From the NCBI RefSeq assembly GCF_018350175.1, contig NC_058375.1, positions 17,050,001 through 17,114,000 on the forward strand: a DNA stretch of 64,000 nt, in the 5' to 3' direction. Below, in pieces: positions 12,096-23,563 of this stretch (positions within the stretch are counted from its first letter, which is position 1; each line of letters begins with the position of its first letter). Under the pieces are notes generated by a model. It ran no database searches. It was not told where the DNA came from and saw nothing but the letters and a program-made list of their open reading frames with translations. Origin of the DNA: Felis catus (Eukaryota). The translations under genes and the position numbers were made by a program.

Positions 12096-15000
12096 CGCGC
12101 CTGCCGAGTGGTTCCAGGCTGCAGCCGAGGCAGTGTCTCCCACCCGATTCCGACGAGTCAGCACCTCAGACACGGTGAGGCTACTCTGGGTCCTTCTGGA
12201 GGTGAGCTCAGGGGCATCCCCTGAATTTCCTGCCCTTTGAGCACCCTGCTCACAAAGGTACAACTTGGGCTGTCCAAGGTCTGAACAGTCTGTGGAGGCC
12301 CTCTGGGTGTAGGTGTTGGTGGCTTCCACGTTTCTACCTATTCGAGTTGGGGGGTCTTCTAAGGAGTTCAAGTCTCGCCTACTCTTCCAGGCGTTCCGCA
12401 CAGTAACGTGTCTGGCATCTGAAGAGCCCACTTCTGAAGGGGCACTATGGCTTTTCCACCTGATTGTCTCCGCTGGGGGGGCATGGCTGTTCCTCTCCAC
12501 AGGATCTGATGGCTTGATTATAATGCTGCTCCGAGAGACCACTGTTTCTGGCTTGTTCTTCAGGGGCCCATCTCCCATTCTTTCAGCTTCTGTGAACTGC
12601 AGAGCAATGTCATGTTTGTGAATGGAGAGCTCAAAGGGAGAGCTGACGTGGTTGCTGACTGATGTGAGCTCTGCTGGCCCAACCTGGATGTTGCTGGTGG
12701 ATGTGTGCCTTTCCCTCGGGGCCTCACCTGGGGCAGCTCTGGGGCTGCCGCTGTCAGAGGGGTAGATAGTTATGCTGCTTGTCACCTTGTTTGGCCCTGG
12801 TTTGGAGGTGGATTTCTGCTTCTCCATTGTGGCCTCAGTTCCAGATCCTCCCATGATTTTTTTCACATCCTTATCAATGATGACAGGTTTGATGATGGCT
12901 CTAGACCGCAACGCCTCTCTGGGGCTAAAGGGCCGCTGGCTTTTCACCCCAGCACCATTGGCGTCTGGGAATTCCGTGGCATTGGTGGAGGCTCTGACAG
13001 GTTTCACAGACTCACTTTCTGTCCCAGCATCTTTATCATTCTCAAACAGGGACGTTCTGAGTCCCCCTCGGGATTTGGCTCTCTCTCTAGAGTTGGGTTG
13101 GTGTTTGAGCTCTGGCTCTGGAGTGATGGTGGTGTTTACCAATTTGGCAGTAACAAGAGATGTCACATCCACGTCGTCATCTGAGTCTGGCTTCTCTCTG
13201 CCACTAGGCTTGATGACCCGGCACCTCAGGGTCTCATGTTGACTGCTGTCTTCCATCACGACTGCTACGGGTTGATCAACACCTTCTTTATTTGGGGTTG
13301 AAAAGCCCTGAAGGATGTTCTCTTGGCTTCTGGAATTATAAGGATACTTTGATAAAAGTGGAGGCTTGGAATTTGGGGAAGTGGTATCAGCCTCCAGGCC
13401 ACCAACAGCCTTTTTGCCCTTGGAGAGCCCTTCTGAGGAAGATCTTCGGGATGAGGCCAGAGCTCCAATCGCCTTAGGACTGCCACAGTCTGCAACCTGG
13501 GTTACCTGACTTCCATTGCCAGGTACCTGCCCCCTTTTGCCAAAGAGGGCCTCAGAAGAGGTGTCAGAAGCCTTGTCAGCTCTACCCAGTACGTCACTGG
13601 GAACAGATCCATGGTTGGTATTATCACTAAATGTTCGTGTTGTCTTCTCCACTTTTCCCTTCAACCCACCCTCAGTACCTGGTTTGGGAGTACTCTTCCA
13701 AGCTTTACTGTGCTCCTGAGCAGCAGGTGGGTAGCGGCTAAGCACTGAAGGCTGCTCCCTGGACTTCTTCCCTTCACTCTGAGAGGAGCCAGATACAAAT
13801 CGGTCTTCAGTTCTCCTTGTCTCCTGAGTCCCACTGTCTGTACCCGCCCCGATGTTGGAAGCTTTGGCTGCCCTCCTATTGGTGAAACTGGGAGAGGAAA
13901 CCTGCCTATTGCCCAGAGAACAGTTTTCATTGTTGAGCGCAATATCTCTGTTTCGATGCCTCTCCCGCTTCTGCTGAGGGGACAGTTCCCGCGGTGTGTG
14001 CTTGGACACAGGTACCTCATTGCCATGGCCTCTTAACTTAGTCCTCTCGTGCCTGCCTTTGCCGGACAGGAAAGCCTCTTCCCCTTCTACCTCCCCGTTC
14101 TCTAACTCTTTCTGTTTCTTGATTTGTAGCTTTATCTCCTCCAGCTGGCTGGCTAAGAGTTTGTTTTTATTTTGTTCACTTAGGTAATTATCCTGAAGAT
14201 CATTATTTTTGGCCCTCATTTTCTTAAGCTCTTCTTCCAAAGATTCAAAATGTTTGATTTGTGTCTTGAGTTTCTCAATCTCTTGGTTGAGATCTTTAAC
14301 TTTGTTGTCTTCTTGATTTCGGTTCTTTTCGTTTTCTGATTTGTTTCTTGTTTCATTCTCTACCTGCTTTAGATAGTCCAGAGCGCCCTTCCTTCTTGAT
14401 TCTTTGCACGGCAGTGTGGAGGAGATCCCGTCCTCAATCCGCAGGTCATTCCTTTCCAGAAGATTAGAAGCATTCCTTGAATAATCTCGGTTCATTTTTT
14501 TGTTCTGCTCCAGTTTTTGAGTGAGCTCTTTTATCAGTTTCTCATTCTCTTTCTCCTTTTCATTCAAGTATTTTCTCTCACTTACAAAGTTCAGAGTTAA
14601 TGACTTCAGTTTTTCTAACTCTGACACTAAACTCTGCTCAGTTTTATCTAGGCGGTCCTCGGAAGATTCTAGTTCTTTCACTTTGACCCTGAGCATTTCC
14701 AGCTCAGCGGAGATCTTCTTTGTCAGGTTTCTCTCCTCATTCAGGCTCAGACAGAGTTGGGTGCAATCGTTCTTACTCCTGCCAAAGGCTTCCTCCAGCT
14801 TCTCCAGTTCAGCCATTCGTTTCTGAAGCCGTTCAATCTCAGATTTCAGCTCCCGGGTGAGGTTTTCTTCCTCTTCAAGCTTCTCCTTCATCAGCTGACA
14901 CAGATCCTCTGCTCTCTTAATTTCCTCATCTTTGCCTTCAATTCTCAGCACTNNNNNNNNNNNNNNNNNNNNNNNNNNNNNNNNNNNNNNNNNNNNNNNN

Positions 15001-15164
15001 NNNNNNNNNNNNNNNNNNNNNNNNNNNNNNNNNNNNNNNNNNNNNNNNNNNNNNNNNNNNNNNNNNNNNNNNNNNNNNNNNNNNNNNNNNNNACTTAGAC
15101 TTTGTAACTTAAACCGCAAGTGGCGGCTGGAGGCAGTATCCTTGTAGCTTGTAAATTCAGCCAT
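12096..15164 (-). CDS. LUZP1: LUZP1 main coding exon, 1023 codons ([24 protein letters not shown]... coiled coil/leucine zipper, then a long low-complexity region); 140 nt are N
   Basis: ATG at 15164 (gtagacATGG). The ORF stays open across the N-run; donor GCG|gtgagc at 12096/12095. The sequence is recognisably LUZP1. The spliced product is about 1074 aa. The ORF-track start at 15209 is a GTG, not an ATG. Confidence 0.95.
14953..15092. other. N-run (140 nt) inside the LUZP1 CDS. Other N-runs: 17607-17763, 23564-23692, 24933-25074, 26519-26660, 27061-27197, 27294-27478, 31218-31353
   Basis: Read directly. The reading frame is preserved across this one. Confidence 0.95.
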
Positions 15165-15172
15165 GTCTACTG

Positions 15173-15283
15173 CTAGCCGGTGTGGGCTCCTAGAGGCATC
15201 CAGTTCCACTCAGGGGGCTGAGAAATGGTTACCTTTCTCTTGGCATCCACAACCTTCTTTGGCAGCTGGAGACCATTATCAGT
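15173..15283 (-). CDS. Candidate spliced uORF, 37 aa: [40 protein letters not shown] supplied by 42820-42822.
   Basis: Joining ...TAAATG| to |ACTGATAAT... gives 36 more sense codons, then TAG (15175-15173) 8 nt before the LUZP1 ATG. Depends on the predicted junction. Confidence 0.55.
   Translation of the reverse strand, partial: TDNGLQLPKKVVDAKRKVTISQPPEWNWMPLGAHTG
15229..15276 (-). CDS. Candidate short u[18 protein letters not shown] in the LUZP1 leader
   Basis: ATG at 15276, in-frame ATG at 15246, TAA at 15231-15229. Out of frame with LUZP1. Confidence 0.35.
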   Translation of the reverse strand: MVSSCQRRLWMPRER

Positions 15284-15300
15284 CTATAGAAGGAAAGCAG

Positions 15301-15649
15301 ACATACACAATGGAATATTACTCGGCAATCAAAAAGAATGAAATCTTGCCATTTGCAACTACGTGGATGGAACTAGAGGGTATTATGCTAAGCAAAATTA
15401 GAGAAAGACAACTATCATATGACTTCACTCATATGAGGACTTTAAGACACAACAGATGAACACAAGAGAAGGGAAGCAAGAATAATATGAAAACAGGGAT
15501 GGGGACAAAACATAAGAGACTCTTTATATAGAGAACAAACAGAGGGTTGCTGGAGGGGTTGTAGGAGGGGGGATGGGCTAAATGGGTCAGGGGCATTAAG
15601 GAATCTACCCCTGAAATCATTGTTGCACTATATGCTAACTAACTTGGAT
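15301..15649 (+). mobile_element. Carnivore/felid L1 3'-end fragment, no polyA tail, TSD GGAAAGCAG (15292-15300 and 15650-15658)
   Basis: ORF2 terminus (MEYYSAIKKNEILPFATTWMELEGIMLS) plus carnivore L1 3' UTR. Confidence 0.9.
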
Positions 15650-17115
15650 GGAAAGCAGAAAGCATGTCAGGCAGCAAATCCAATTATCTGTACTTCAGCT
15701 CCCAGTTGTTAACAGACCTCTCGTATTAATTCTTGTGCCTAGAACATAGCAGGTGTTCAAATTTGTTGAATGAATGAATTTTAATAAACCTGCAGAAAAA
15801 CACTGGTTTTTCTTTATGACTGATGTTGAGGTGATACCTAGTTTCATCCTAATGAAGAATGCTACCAGTGGCTGCATGGCAAAAAAACACAGAAGAATAC
15901 CCCACTTCTCATGGCAAGCTCTAAGAATCTCTTTACCATCTGCCACCTACATAATGTCAGGAGAGTCATCTCAGGAGAGTAACAGCTCCAGTTTTACTTA
16001 GTTGTAAAATGGGTATAATAATCCCTACCACATCTCTCCCCATTATCATTCGGAGATAATGCATAGAGCTCTAGGTAACAAAGCAGTAAATAATCCTAAA
16101 ATTATTAAGAACTACAACAGCTTCAGGGAAAGAAGTAGATTAGTGAAAAAAAGTCACCTCACTGACACCAGGGAGATAAAAGGACCTAGGCTCCGTGAGG
16201 GGAGAAACAAAAGGGTATATCCCTAGAGAACGTATAATCTTTGGCCTGCCTTCACTTGAGTTCAGAGTTCAGATTTACACTGCCTTGAGGGGTCTGATAC
16301 CAACTTCTCCTCGCAGAGAATCTAACCAAAAATGGTCTCAGCCTGGTAAAATCCCTGGGAAACCTACCAGAGGTAAACAAAAATACTCTGGAGAGAGAGA
16401 CTCTCTACCAAGGTCACATAAGAGTCCCATAGATAAAGTCCTGTTGAACCTGAGTTTACAATTCTAAATTACAAAACACAGAAGGACCAATCTTTTACTA
16501 TGACTGAACAACAGGCATTTACACCAGTAAGAACCAAAGTTAGTAAGACACACTAGAAACTGTAAGTACATTCCAATGTTTAAAGTCATAAAAGAAGGAA
16601 TCAAAACCAGGAGACAAGAAAATGGTATCAACAAAGATCAGAAGATTTTTAAATTAACCAAATAGAATCGCTTAGAAATGGAAAGAAAAATGGCAAATTA
16701 GATGCAAATGAAAAGAACGCAGTATTTGAGAAGAGATATAAGGAGATTACAAAAGGTAGCACAAACTTAAAAATTTTGTGAAAGAAAGGTTAATAGGGGG
16801 AATAAAATACAGAGGTCCAAAAATGAAGTTTTAACAGGTGGCCCAAAAGGAAGAACAGAGAGAATGGGGGAGAGGCAGAACTACTAGCTAAGTATTTTTC
16901 AAGAGTTGATGAAAGGGAGCCTCATATTTAGGAAACAAAGTCCCAACCAAGCAGGGTAAAAGTTAAATCTGCACCTGGACACATGATAAGGATACAGCAG
17001 AATACCACAAAGAGAAGAGAAGCAACAAGAAGGAAAAATATTCTATGAAGAAGTAACAACTGAACTGGCTTCTCAACAGAAACTTAAGTGTCAAACAGAA
17101 GACAAAAGACAGGAT

Positions 17116-17241
17116 GGGGCACCTGGCTGGCTCAGAGCACGCAACTCTTGGTTCTCAGGGTTGTGGGTTTGAGTCCCATGCTGGATGTACAGATTACTTA
17201 AAAATCTTAAAAAAAAAAAAAAAAACAAAATAAAACAAAAA
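17116..17241 (+). mobile_element. Short-type Can-SINE
   Basis: tRNA head without a (CT)n body, long A tail. Confidence 0.8.
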
Positions 17242-17248
17242 AACTAGA

Positions 17249-17447
17249 GAGGTGCCTGGGTGGCTCAGTCAGTTAAACATCCTGAAGACTTCAGCTCAGG
17301 TCATGATCTTGTGGTTCACGAGTTCAAGCCCTGTGTCAGGCTCTGTGCTGACAGCTCAGAGGCTTGAGCCTACTTCGGATTCTCTCTGCCCCTCCTCTGC
17401 TCACACTTGGTCTCTCTCTCTCTCAAAAATAAACAAACATTAAAGAA
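17249..17447 (+). mobile_element. Can-SINE
   Basis: Head, (CT)n tract, tail. Confidence 0.9.
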
Positions 17448-17449
17448 CT

Positions 17450-18115
17450 TATCAAAACAGTATGAAGGTTCCTCAAAAAGTTCCTGCCCTACGATCCAGC
17501 AACTGCACTACTAGGTGTGTATCCAAGGAATACAAGTGTGCTGTTTTGACGGGGCACATGCACCCCAATGTTTATAGCAGCGCTATCGACAATAGCCAAA
17601 GTATGGNNNNNNNNNNNNNNNNNNNNNNNNNNNNNNNNNNNNNNNNNNNNNNNNNNNNNNNNNNNNNNNNNNNNNNNNNNNNNNNNNNNNNNNNNNNNNN
17701 NNNNNNNNNNNNNNNNNNNNNNNNNNNNNNNNNNNNNNNNNNNNNNNNNNNNNNNNNNNNNNNACTAGAGGGTATTATGCTAAGTGAAATAAATCCGAGA
17801 AAGACAAATATCATATGATCCATTCATATGTGGAATTTAAGATACAAAACAAATGAATATAAGGGAAGGGAAGCAAAAATAATATAAAAACAGGGAGGGG
17901 GACAAAACATAAGAGACTCTTAAATACAGAGAACAAACAGGGTTGCTGGGAGGGGCTGCGGGTGAGGGGATGGGCTAAATGGGTAAGGGGCATTAAGGAA
18001 GACACTTGTTGGGATGAGTGCTGGGTGTTACACATAAGGGATAAATCACTGAAATCTGAAATCATTGCACTATATGCTAACTTGGATATAAATTAAAAAT
18101 ACATTTTAAAAATTA
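17450..18115 (+). mobile_element. Carnivore L1 3' end (contains N-run 17607-17763)
   Basis: ORF2 terminal motif (MFIAAL..IAK; LEGIMLSEI) and carnivore 3' UTR. Confidence 0.85.
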
Positions 18116-18120
18116 AAACT

Positions 18121-18294
18121 GGACACCTGGGTAGCTCAGTCGGTTAAGGGTCCCACTCTTGGTTCCAGCTCAGGTCATGATCTCATGGTTTGTAAGTTTG
18201 AGCCCCAAGTCAGGCTCTGTGCTGACAGCGTGGGATTCTCTCACTCTCCACCCTCCCCCCCGGCCCCCCACTCTCACTCAAACTTAAAAAAAAA
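18121..18294 (+). mobile_element. Can-SINE
   Basis: Head and tail recognisable. Confidence 0.85.
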
Positions 18295-18437
18295 GACAAA
18301 AGACATGGTAATATCTTTATGAAAGAAGGTACAATTGAACACTTTTCAGAACACAAAGGAAAATAAAAACCTAAGTGTTTACTATTAACAGACTTTCACT
18401 GAAAAAACTATTTATGGATGTAATTCAGAATATAGAT

Positions 18438-18547
18438 GGGGCACCTGGGTGGTTCAGTCGGTTAAGCATCTGACTCTTGATCTCAGAGTCATGAGTTCCA
18501 GCCTTGTGTTGGGCTCCACGCTGGGGGTGGAGCCTACTCAAAGGAAA
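18438..18547 (+). mobile_element. Short-type Can-SINE
   Basis: TSD agaatataga. Confidence 0.85.
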
Positions 18548-18844
18548 AGAATATAGAAAATGATCACTTAGGAAAGGCATGAGATGCAAGAAGAAACAGT
18601 AAGCAAAGAAATCAACCCAAACAAGCATTGGTTCAGTTAAACAATAAACAAAAATTAACTGGGAGTGGGAAGGGGAAGGGCAGGATAAAACCAAAGTGGA
18701 ACTACCTGAAATGGTAGATAATAACATGTTAAGTCCTAAAGAAGGAAATCAGAATTCAAGTGTTCTTAAAACTCTGTATTTTGAAGGAAGAGGATAGAAT
18801 TATTATAACTTTAGACCTTGGTAAGAGTAGATATTAATAATATA

Positions 18845-19705
18845 TCTGATAAGGCATCAATAAGCAGAGTATATATAAAGAACTCCTACAACCTAACAAA
18901 AAACAAACAACATGATTAAAAACTGGGCCAAGGACTTGAATAATTGATCCAAAGATGATACCCAAGTGACCTACAAGCATACGAAAAGATACCCAACATC
19001 ACTCATCATTAGGGAAATGCAAATCAAAATCACAATGAGATATCACTTCACACCCATCAAGATGGCCACTATCAAAAGAACAAGTGGTGGTGAGAATATG
19101 GAGAAACTGGAACGCTTGTGCACTGTTGGTGGGAAAATAAAATGGCAAAGCTAAACAGTATGGCAGCTCCTCCAAAAATTAAAAATAGAATTACCGTATG
19201 ATCCAGCAATTCCACTTCTAGGCCATACTATAAAAAAATTCAAAACAGGATCTTAAAGAGATAATTTGTACAGCTATGTTCATGACAGCACTATTGCAAC
19301 CAAGTGTCTGTCTATCAATGGATGATGGAGACACAAAATGTAGTATACGCTACAGTGAAATATTAGCCTTAAAAAGGAGACCTGGATGAACCTTGAGGAC
19401 ACTGTGCTAAGTGAAACAAGCCAGTCACAGAAGAGAAATAGTATATGATTTCACTCATATGAGGTATCTAGGAATATTCAAATTCAATTAAACACAGTAG
19501 AATGGTAGTTGCCACAGGCTGGGGGAGGGGGAAATGGGAGTTACTGTTTAATGGGTATGGAATTTCAGTCATGCAAGATAAAAAAAAAACTGTTCCAGAG
19601 ACTGGTTGCACAACAATGTGCAAATATATACTTAACCCTACTGAACTGTAAATGGTGAATATATCTTATGTTACGCATTTTTTACCACAGTTTAAAAAAA
19701 AATTA
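18845..19705 (+). mobile_element. Older L1 (L1MA/MB-like) 3' fragment
   Basis: ORF2 end (SLIIREMQIKITMRYHFTP) plus an L1M-type 3' UTR. Confidence 0.8.
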
Positions 19706-20565
19706 AGGGAGGAGAGAAGTAAAAAGCACAGAGAAGGTAGGGCAGATTTCCCACTTCTGGTCCAGAAATGCAAATGTAAAAAGCTTAGAAGTCATCACTC
19801 TGTGTCTTAACATATAAAAAACTGAACAGACTGAAAATTCACAACTCTTCTTAGGTCCATGAGAGAAATGAGGTCACAAAAACCACTTCCCTAAAACTTA
19901 AGACAAGTGGATGCAAAGAATCAACAATTTACAAAAATAGAAATTCACCAGTAGAAACCTCCATGGGAACCAGCAGCAGGGTAGGAAAACCTAAACTGCA
20001 ATTGACAAACTGCTGGAGGCTCAGTGTGGACAACTCTGAGAGTTAAGAACAAGAGGGAGTCTGTGTTAGGGGGGGATGCCCCCCATTTGGTGAGCTTTAC
20101 CTCCATGAGTTGAACGAGGTTCTCACAGTGAAGATGAGAGACTTCCCCCGCCCTGTGCATCCAACAGGGGAGTGTTAAATCAACCATTTTGAAACCAGAA
20201 CGTGGGGGGAAGGGAAATCCCCAATTCCTGCTCCCTCCAGCCATCCTGTACCACCTGAGGTATGGGAGGTTGGGAGGAGAAGGGAAAAAGGCTATCACTA
20301 AAGGCCTACTTACCTCAGTTTTTTTTTTTACCCAGGACATCATGTCCTGCTTTCACCAAAAAAAATCATAAGGCATACTAAAAGGCAAAAAATAGTTTGA
20401 AAAAACAGAGCAAGCATCAAAACTGGACTCAGAAATGGCAGATGTTGGAATTACCAGAAATTTAAAATACCTACTGCGATAAGGGCTCTAACGGAAAAAG
20501 TAGTCACCATACAAGAACAAATGAGTAACAGAAATGGAAGTTCTAGGAATCAACAAAATGTTACA

Positions 20566-20751
20566 GGCACCTGGGTGGCTCAGTAGTTTAAATATCCGAC
20601 TTTGGCTCAGGTCATGATCTCGTAGTTCATGACTTCCAGGCCCATATCCCTGCTTGGGATTCTCTCTCCCCATTTCTCCCCTCCCCAACTAGCACATGCA
20701 TGCACGCTCTCCCTCTCTCTCAAAATAAATAAATGGAAAAAAAAAAAAAAC
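20566..20751 (+). mobile_element. Can-SINE
   Basis: Head and tail; tail-to-tail with the next SINE. Confidence 0.9.
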
Positions 20752-20757
20752 CACGTT

Positions 20758-20969
20758 TTAATTTTTAAATTTTTTTAAATATTTATTTTTGAGAGAGAGA
20801 GCACAAGCAGGGGAGGGGCAAAGAGAGAGGGACACAAAGAATCTGAAGCAGGCTCCAAGCTGCATGCTATGAGCACAGAGCCTGATGTGGGACTCGAACT
20901 CACAAACTGTTGAGATCATGACCTGAGCCAGAGTCAGATGCTTAACCAACTGAGCCACTCTGGTGCCCC
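20758..20969 (-). mobile_element. Can-SINE
   Basis: Reverse-complement SINE ending ggtgcccc. Confidence 0.9.
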
Positions 20970-21646
20970 GAGACCATATATTTTTTAAAACAGAGATCAA
21001 AAATACTGTTACAGCAATGAAGACTGCCTTTGATTATCTTATCAGTAGACTAACAGAACTGAGTAAAGACTCTCAGCTTGAGGGTATGTCAATAGAAACT
21101 TCCAAGCCTGAAAAGTAAAGAGAAAAATGACTAAAAAAAAGGGAACAGAACATCCAATAAGTATGGGACAACTACACTTGTAATGGGAATTAACAGAAGA
21201 AAAATTTGAAGCAATAATGACTGAAAATTTTCCCAAAATTAGTGTCAGACACCAAATAACACCAAGCAGGATAAATGCCATAAAGACAAAAGAAAAACAA
21301 GAACCCAACACCTAGACATACCATATTCACACTGCAGAAAATCAAGGATAAAGAAAAAAATCTTGAAGCCCAGGAAAAAAAACACAACCTACAGAGTAGC
21401 AAAGATAAGAATTCCATCTGACTTCTCAGAAGTCATGCAAAGCAAGAAGAGAGTGAAGTGAAATATTTAAAATATTGAAAGGTAAAACAACAAAAACCCC
21501 AAACTACAATTCTGTACCCCACAAAAAAGAAAAAAAAAATTCAGTACCATTTCAAAAGTGAAGGAAAAATAAAGACTTAGACGAATAAAAATTGAGATCT
21601 GCTGCCAGTAGACCTGCCCTGCAAGAAATGTTAGAAGAGTTCTTCA

Positions 21647-21836
21647 GGGACATCTGGGTGGCTCCGTCGGTTAAGCGTCTGACTCTTGACTTCAGCTCAC
21701 GTCATGATCTCACAGCTTCATGGGTTTGAGCCCTGTATCGGACTCTGCACTGGCAGCATGGAGCCTGCTTGGGATTCTCTCATTCCTCTCTCTGAGAGGA
21801 TGTCTCTATTTCTCTCAAAAATAAACTTAAAAAAAA
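21647..21836 (+). mobile_element. Can-SINE
   Basis: TSD ttcttcag. Confidence 0.9.
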
Positions 21837-22138
21837 TTCTTCAGTGAGAAGAAAAATGATATGGATTAAAAACTCAAACCACATCAAGAAAGGAAGAGCA
21901 TTAAAGTTAAAGTAAAATAACATTTTTAATTTTTCTTACTTTTAATTGATCTAACAGATAATTCAAAATAATAGCAACAATGTATTCAATTGTTATACAG
22001 CTTATGTATAAATAAAATGAATGACAGCAGTGATACAAGGGACAAGAGAGGAACTAGAAATACTTTATTATAAAGTATTTGTACTACCTATAAATGTACA
22101 CTACAAACTCTAGGGCAAACTCTTAAAAAAGTTTAATT

Positions 22139-22358
22139 GGGGGCACCTCAGTGAGCATCCGACTCTGGCTCAGGTCTCAATCTCGAGGTTGCTGAGTTTG
22201 GAGTCCGCATGGGGCTGGCTCTCTGCTGTCATCACGGAGCCCGCTTTGGATCCTCTGTTTCCCTCTCTCCCCGCCCCTCCTATGCACTCTCTGGCGTGCA
22301 TGCTCACATTCTCTCTTTCTCTCTTTCTCAAAAATAAATAAGCATTAAAAAAATAATA
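22139..22358 (+). mobile_element. Can-SINE with an internal head deletion
   Basis: TSD aagtttaattg. Confidence 0.85.
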
Positions 22359-23083
22359 TAAGTTTAATTGATATGCTAAGGAGAGAAACTGGATCCATAT
22401 ACAATGCTTAATTATAACCACAAAAGGCAGGAAAAAAAGCCAAAAAGTAACAAAAAACAAGAGCTTATAATCACTTTAAACATCAACAGTCTAAATATAC
22501 CAATTAAAAGAGAGAGAGAGTATATCAAAAGACACGACTGTATGTTTACAGAAACCCCCTTCAAATTTTTTTAATTTCAGTATAATTAATGGACAGTGTT
22601 ACAGTTTCAGGTGTATGATATAATGATTCAACAATAGTATGCATTATTTAGTGCTCATCCACTTTAAAATTTTAATAAAGATGCATAATGATTAAAAGTA
22701 AAGGGATGGAGAAAATTTTGCCATACTAACTAATCAAAAGGAAGTTGGACTAGCTACATTAATATCAAGACCGAATATTTCAGAGCAAGTAATCACGGAT
22801 AAAGACAGACTTACATGATGATAAAGGAGTCTCAATTCTCCAAGACGTAACCATCCTTAATGTGTATGCACCTAACAAAGAAGCATCAAAAACCAATAGA
22901 ATTGCAAAGAGAAACATGAATCTATTACTATAGCTGGAGACTTCAGCACCCCTCTTTCAGGAACTGACAGATCCGGCAGGCAGAAAATCAGTAAGGACAT
23001 AGTTGAAGTCAACAATGCAATCAAGAAACTGTATATAATGAACATATATATAGACTATTCATCCAACAACAATAGCATACACA

Positions 23084-23160
23084 TTCTTTTCTTTTTTTAA
23101 TGTTTATTTTTGAGAGAGAGCAAGCAGGGGAGGGGCAGAGAGAGAGGAGATACAGAATCC
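23084..23160 (-). mobile_element. 5'-truncated Can-SINE (tail only)
   Basis: ttttttaatgtttatttttgagagagag...acagaatcc. Confidence 0.75.
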
Positions 23161-23369
23161 ATAGCCAGTAGCGTTCACATTCTTAAGTTCACATGGAACA
23201 TTCACCAAGAGAGACCACATTCTGAGCCATAAGACACAACAACTTGAAGAACAGAAATCATACATTGTATGCTCTCAGACCACAATGGAATTAAACTAGA
23301 AATCAATACCAGAAAGATAGCTGGAAAATGCCCAAATATTTGTGGAGATTAAACACACTTGTTTTAAAA

Positions 23370-23563
23370 ATTTTTTAAATATTTATTTATTTTTGAGAGA
23401 GAGAGAGAGAGAGAATATATGGGGGAGGGGCAGAGAGAGAGAGGGAGACAGAATCTGAAGCAGGCTCCAAGCTATGAGCTGTCAGCACAGAGCCCGATGT
23501 GAGGCTCGAACTCAAGAATCACAAAATCATGACCTGAGCCAAAGTCGGATGCTCAGCCAACTG
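23370..23563 (-). mobile_element. Can-SINE (head runs into an N-run)
   Basis: Reverse SINE body. Confidence 0.9.

Larger units (their letters stand above)
15165..15283 (-). other. LUZP1: LUZP1 5' UTR portion (119 nt) of the main exon
   Basis: Minus-strand acceptor ctgctttccttctatag|ACTG at 15284/15283. Confidence 0.8.
16530..18830 (+). mobile_element. Ancient L1/HAL1-like ORF1 remnant, interrupted by younger elements
   Basis: A-rich degenerate ORF1-like sequence; identification is tentative. Confidence 0.4.

Noticed and set aside
12313-14826. Several + strand ORFs of 60-160 aa over the LUZP1 exon
   Set aside because: Antisense shadows of a long coding exon, with no independent splice or homology support.
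15165-15209. N-terminal extension [15 protein letters not shown] shown in the ORF track
   Set aside because: It starts at a GTG directly after an in-frame TGA. The recognisable protein begins at ATG 15164.
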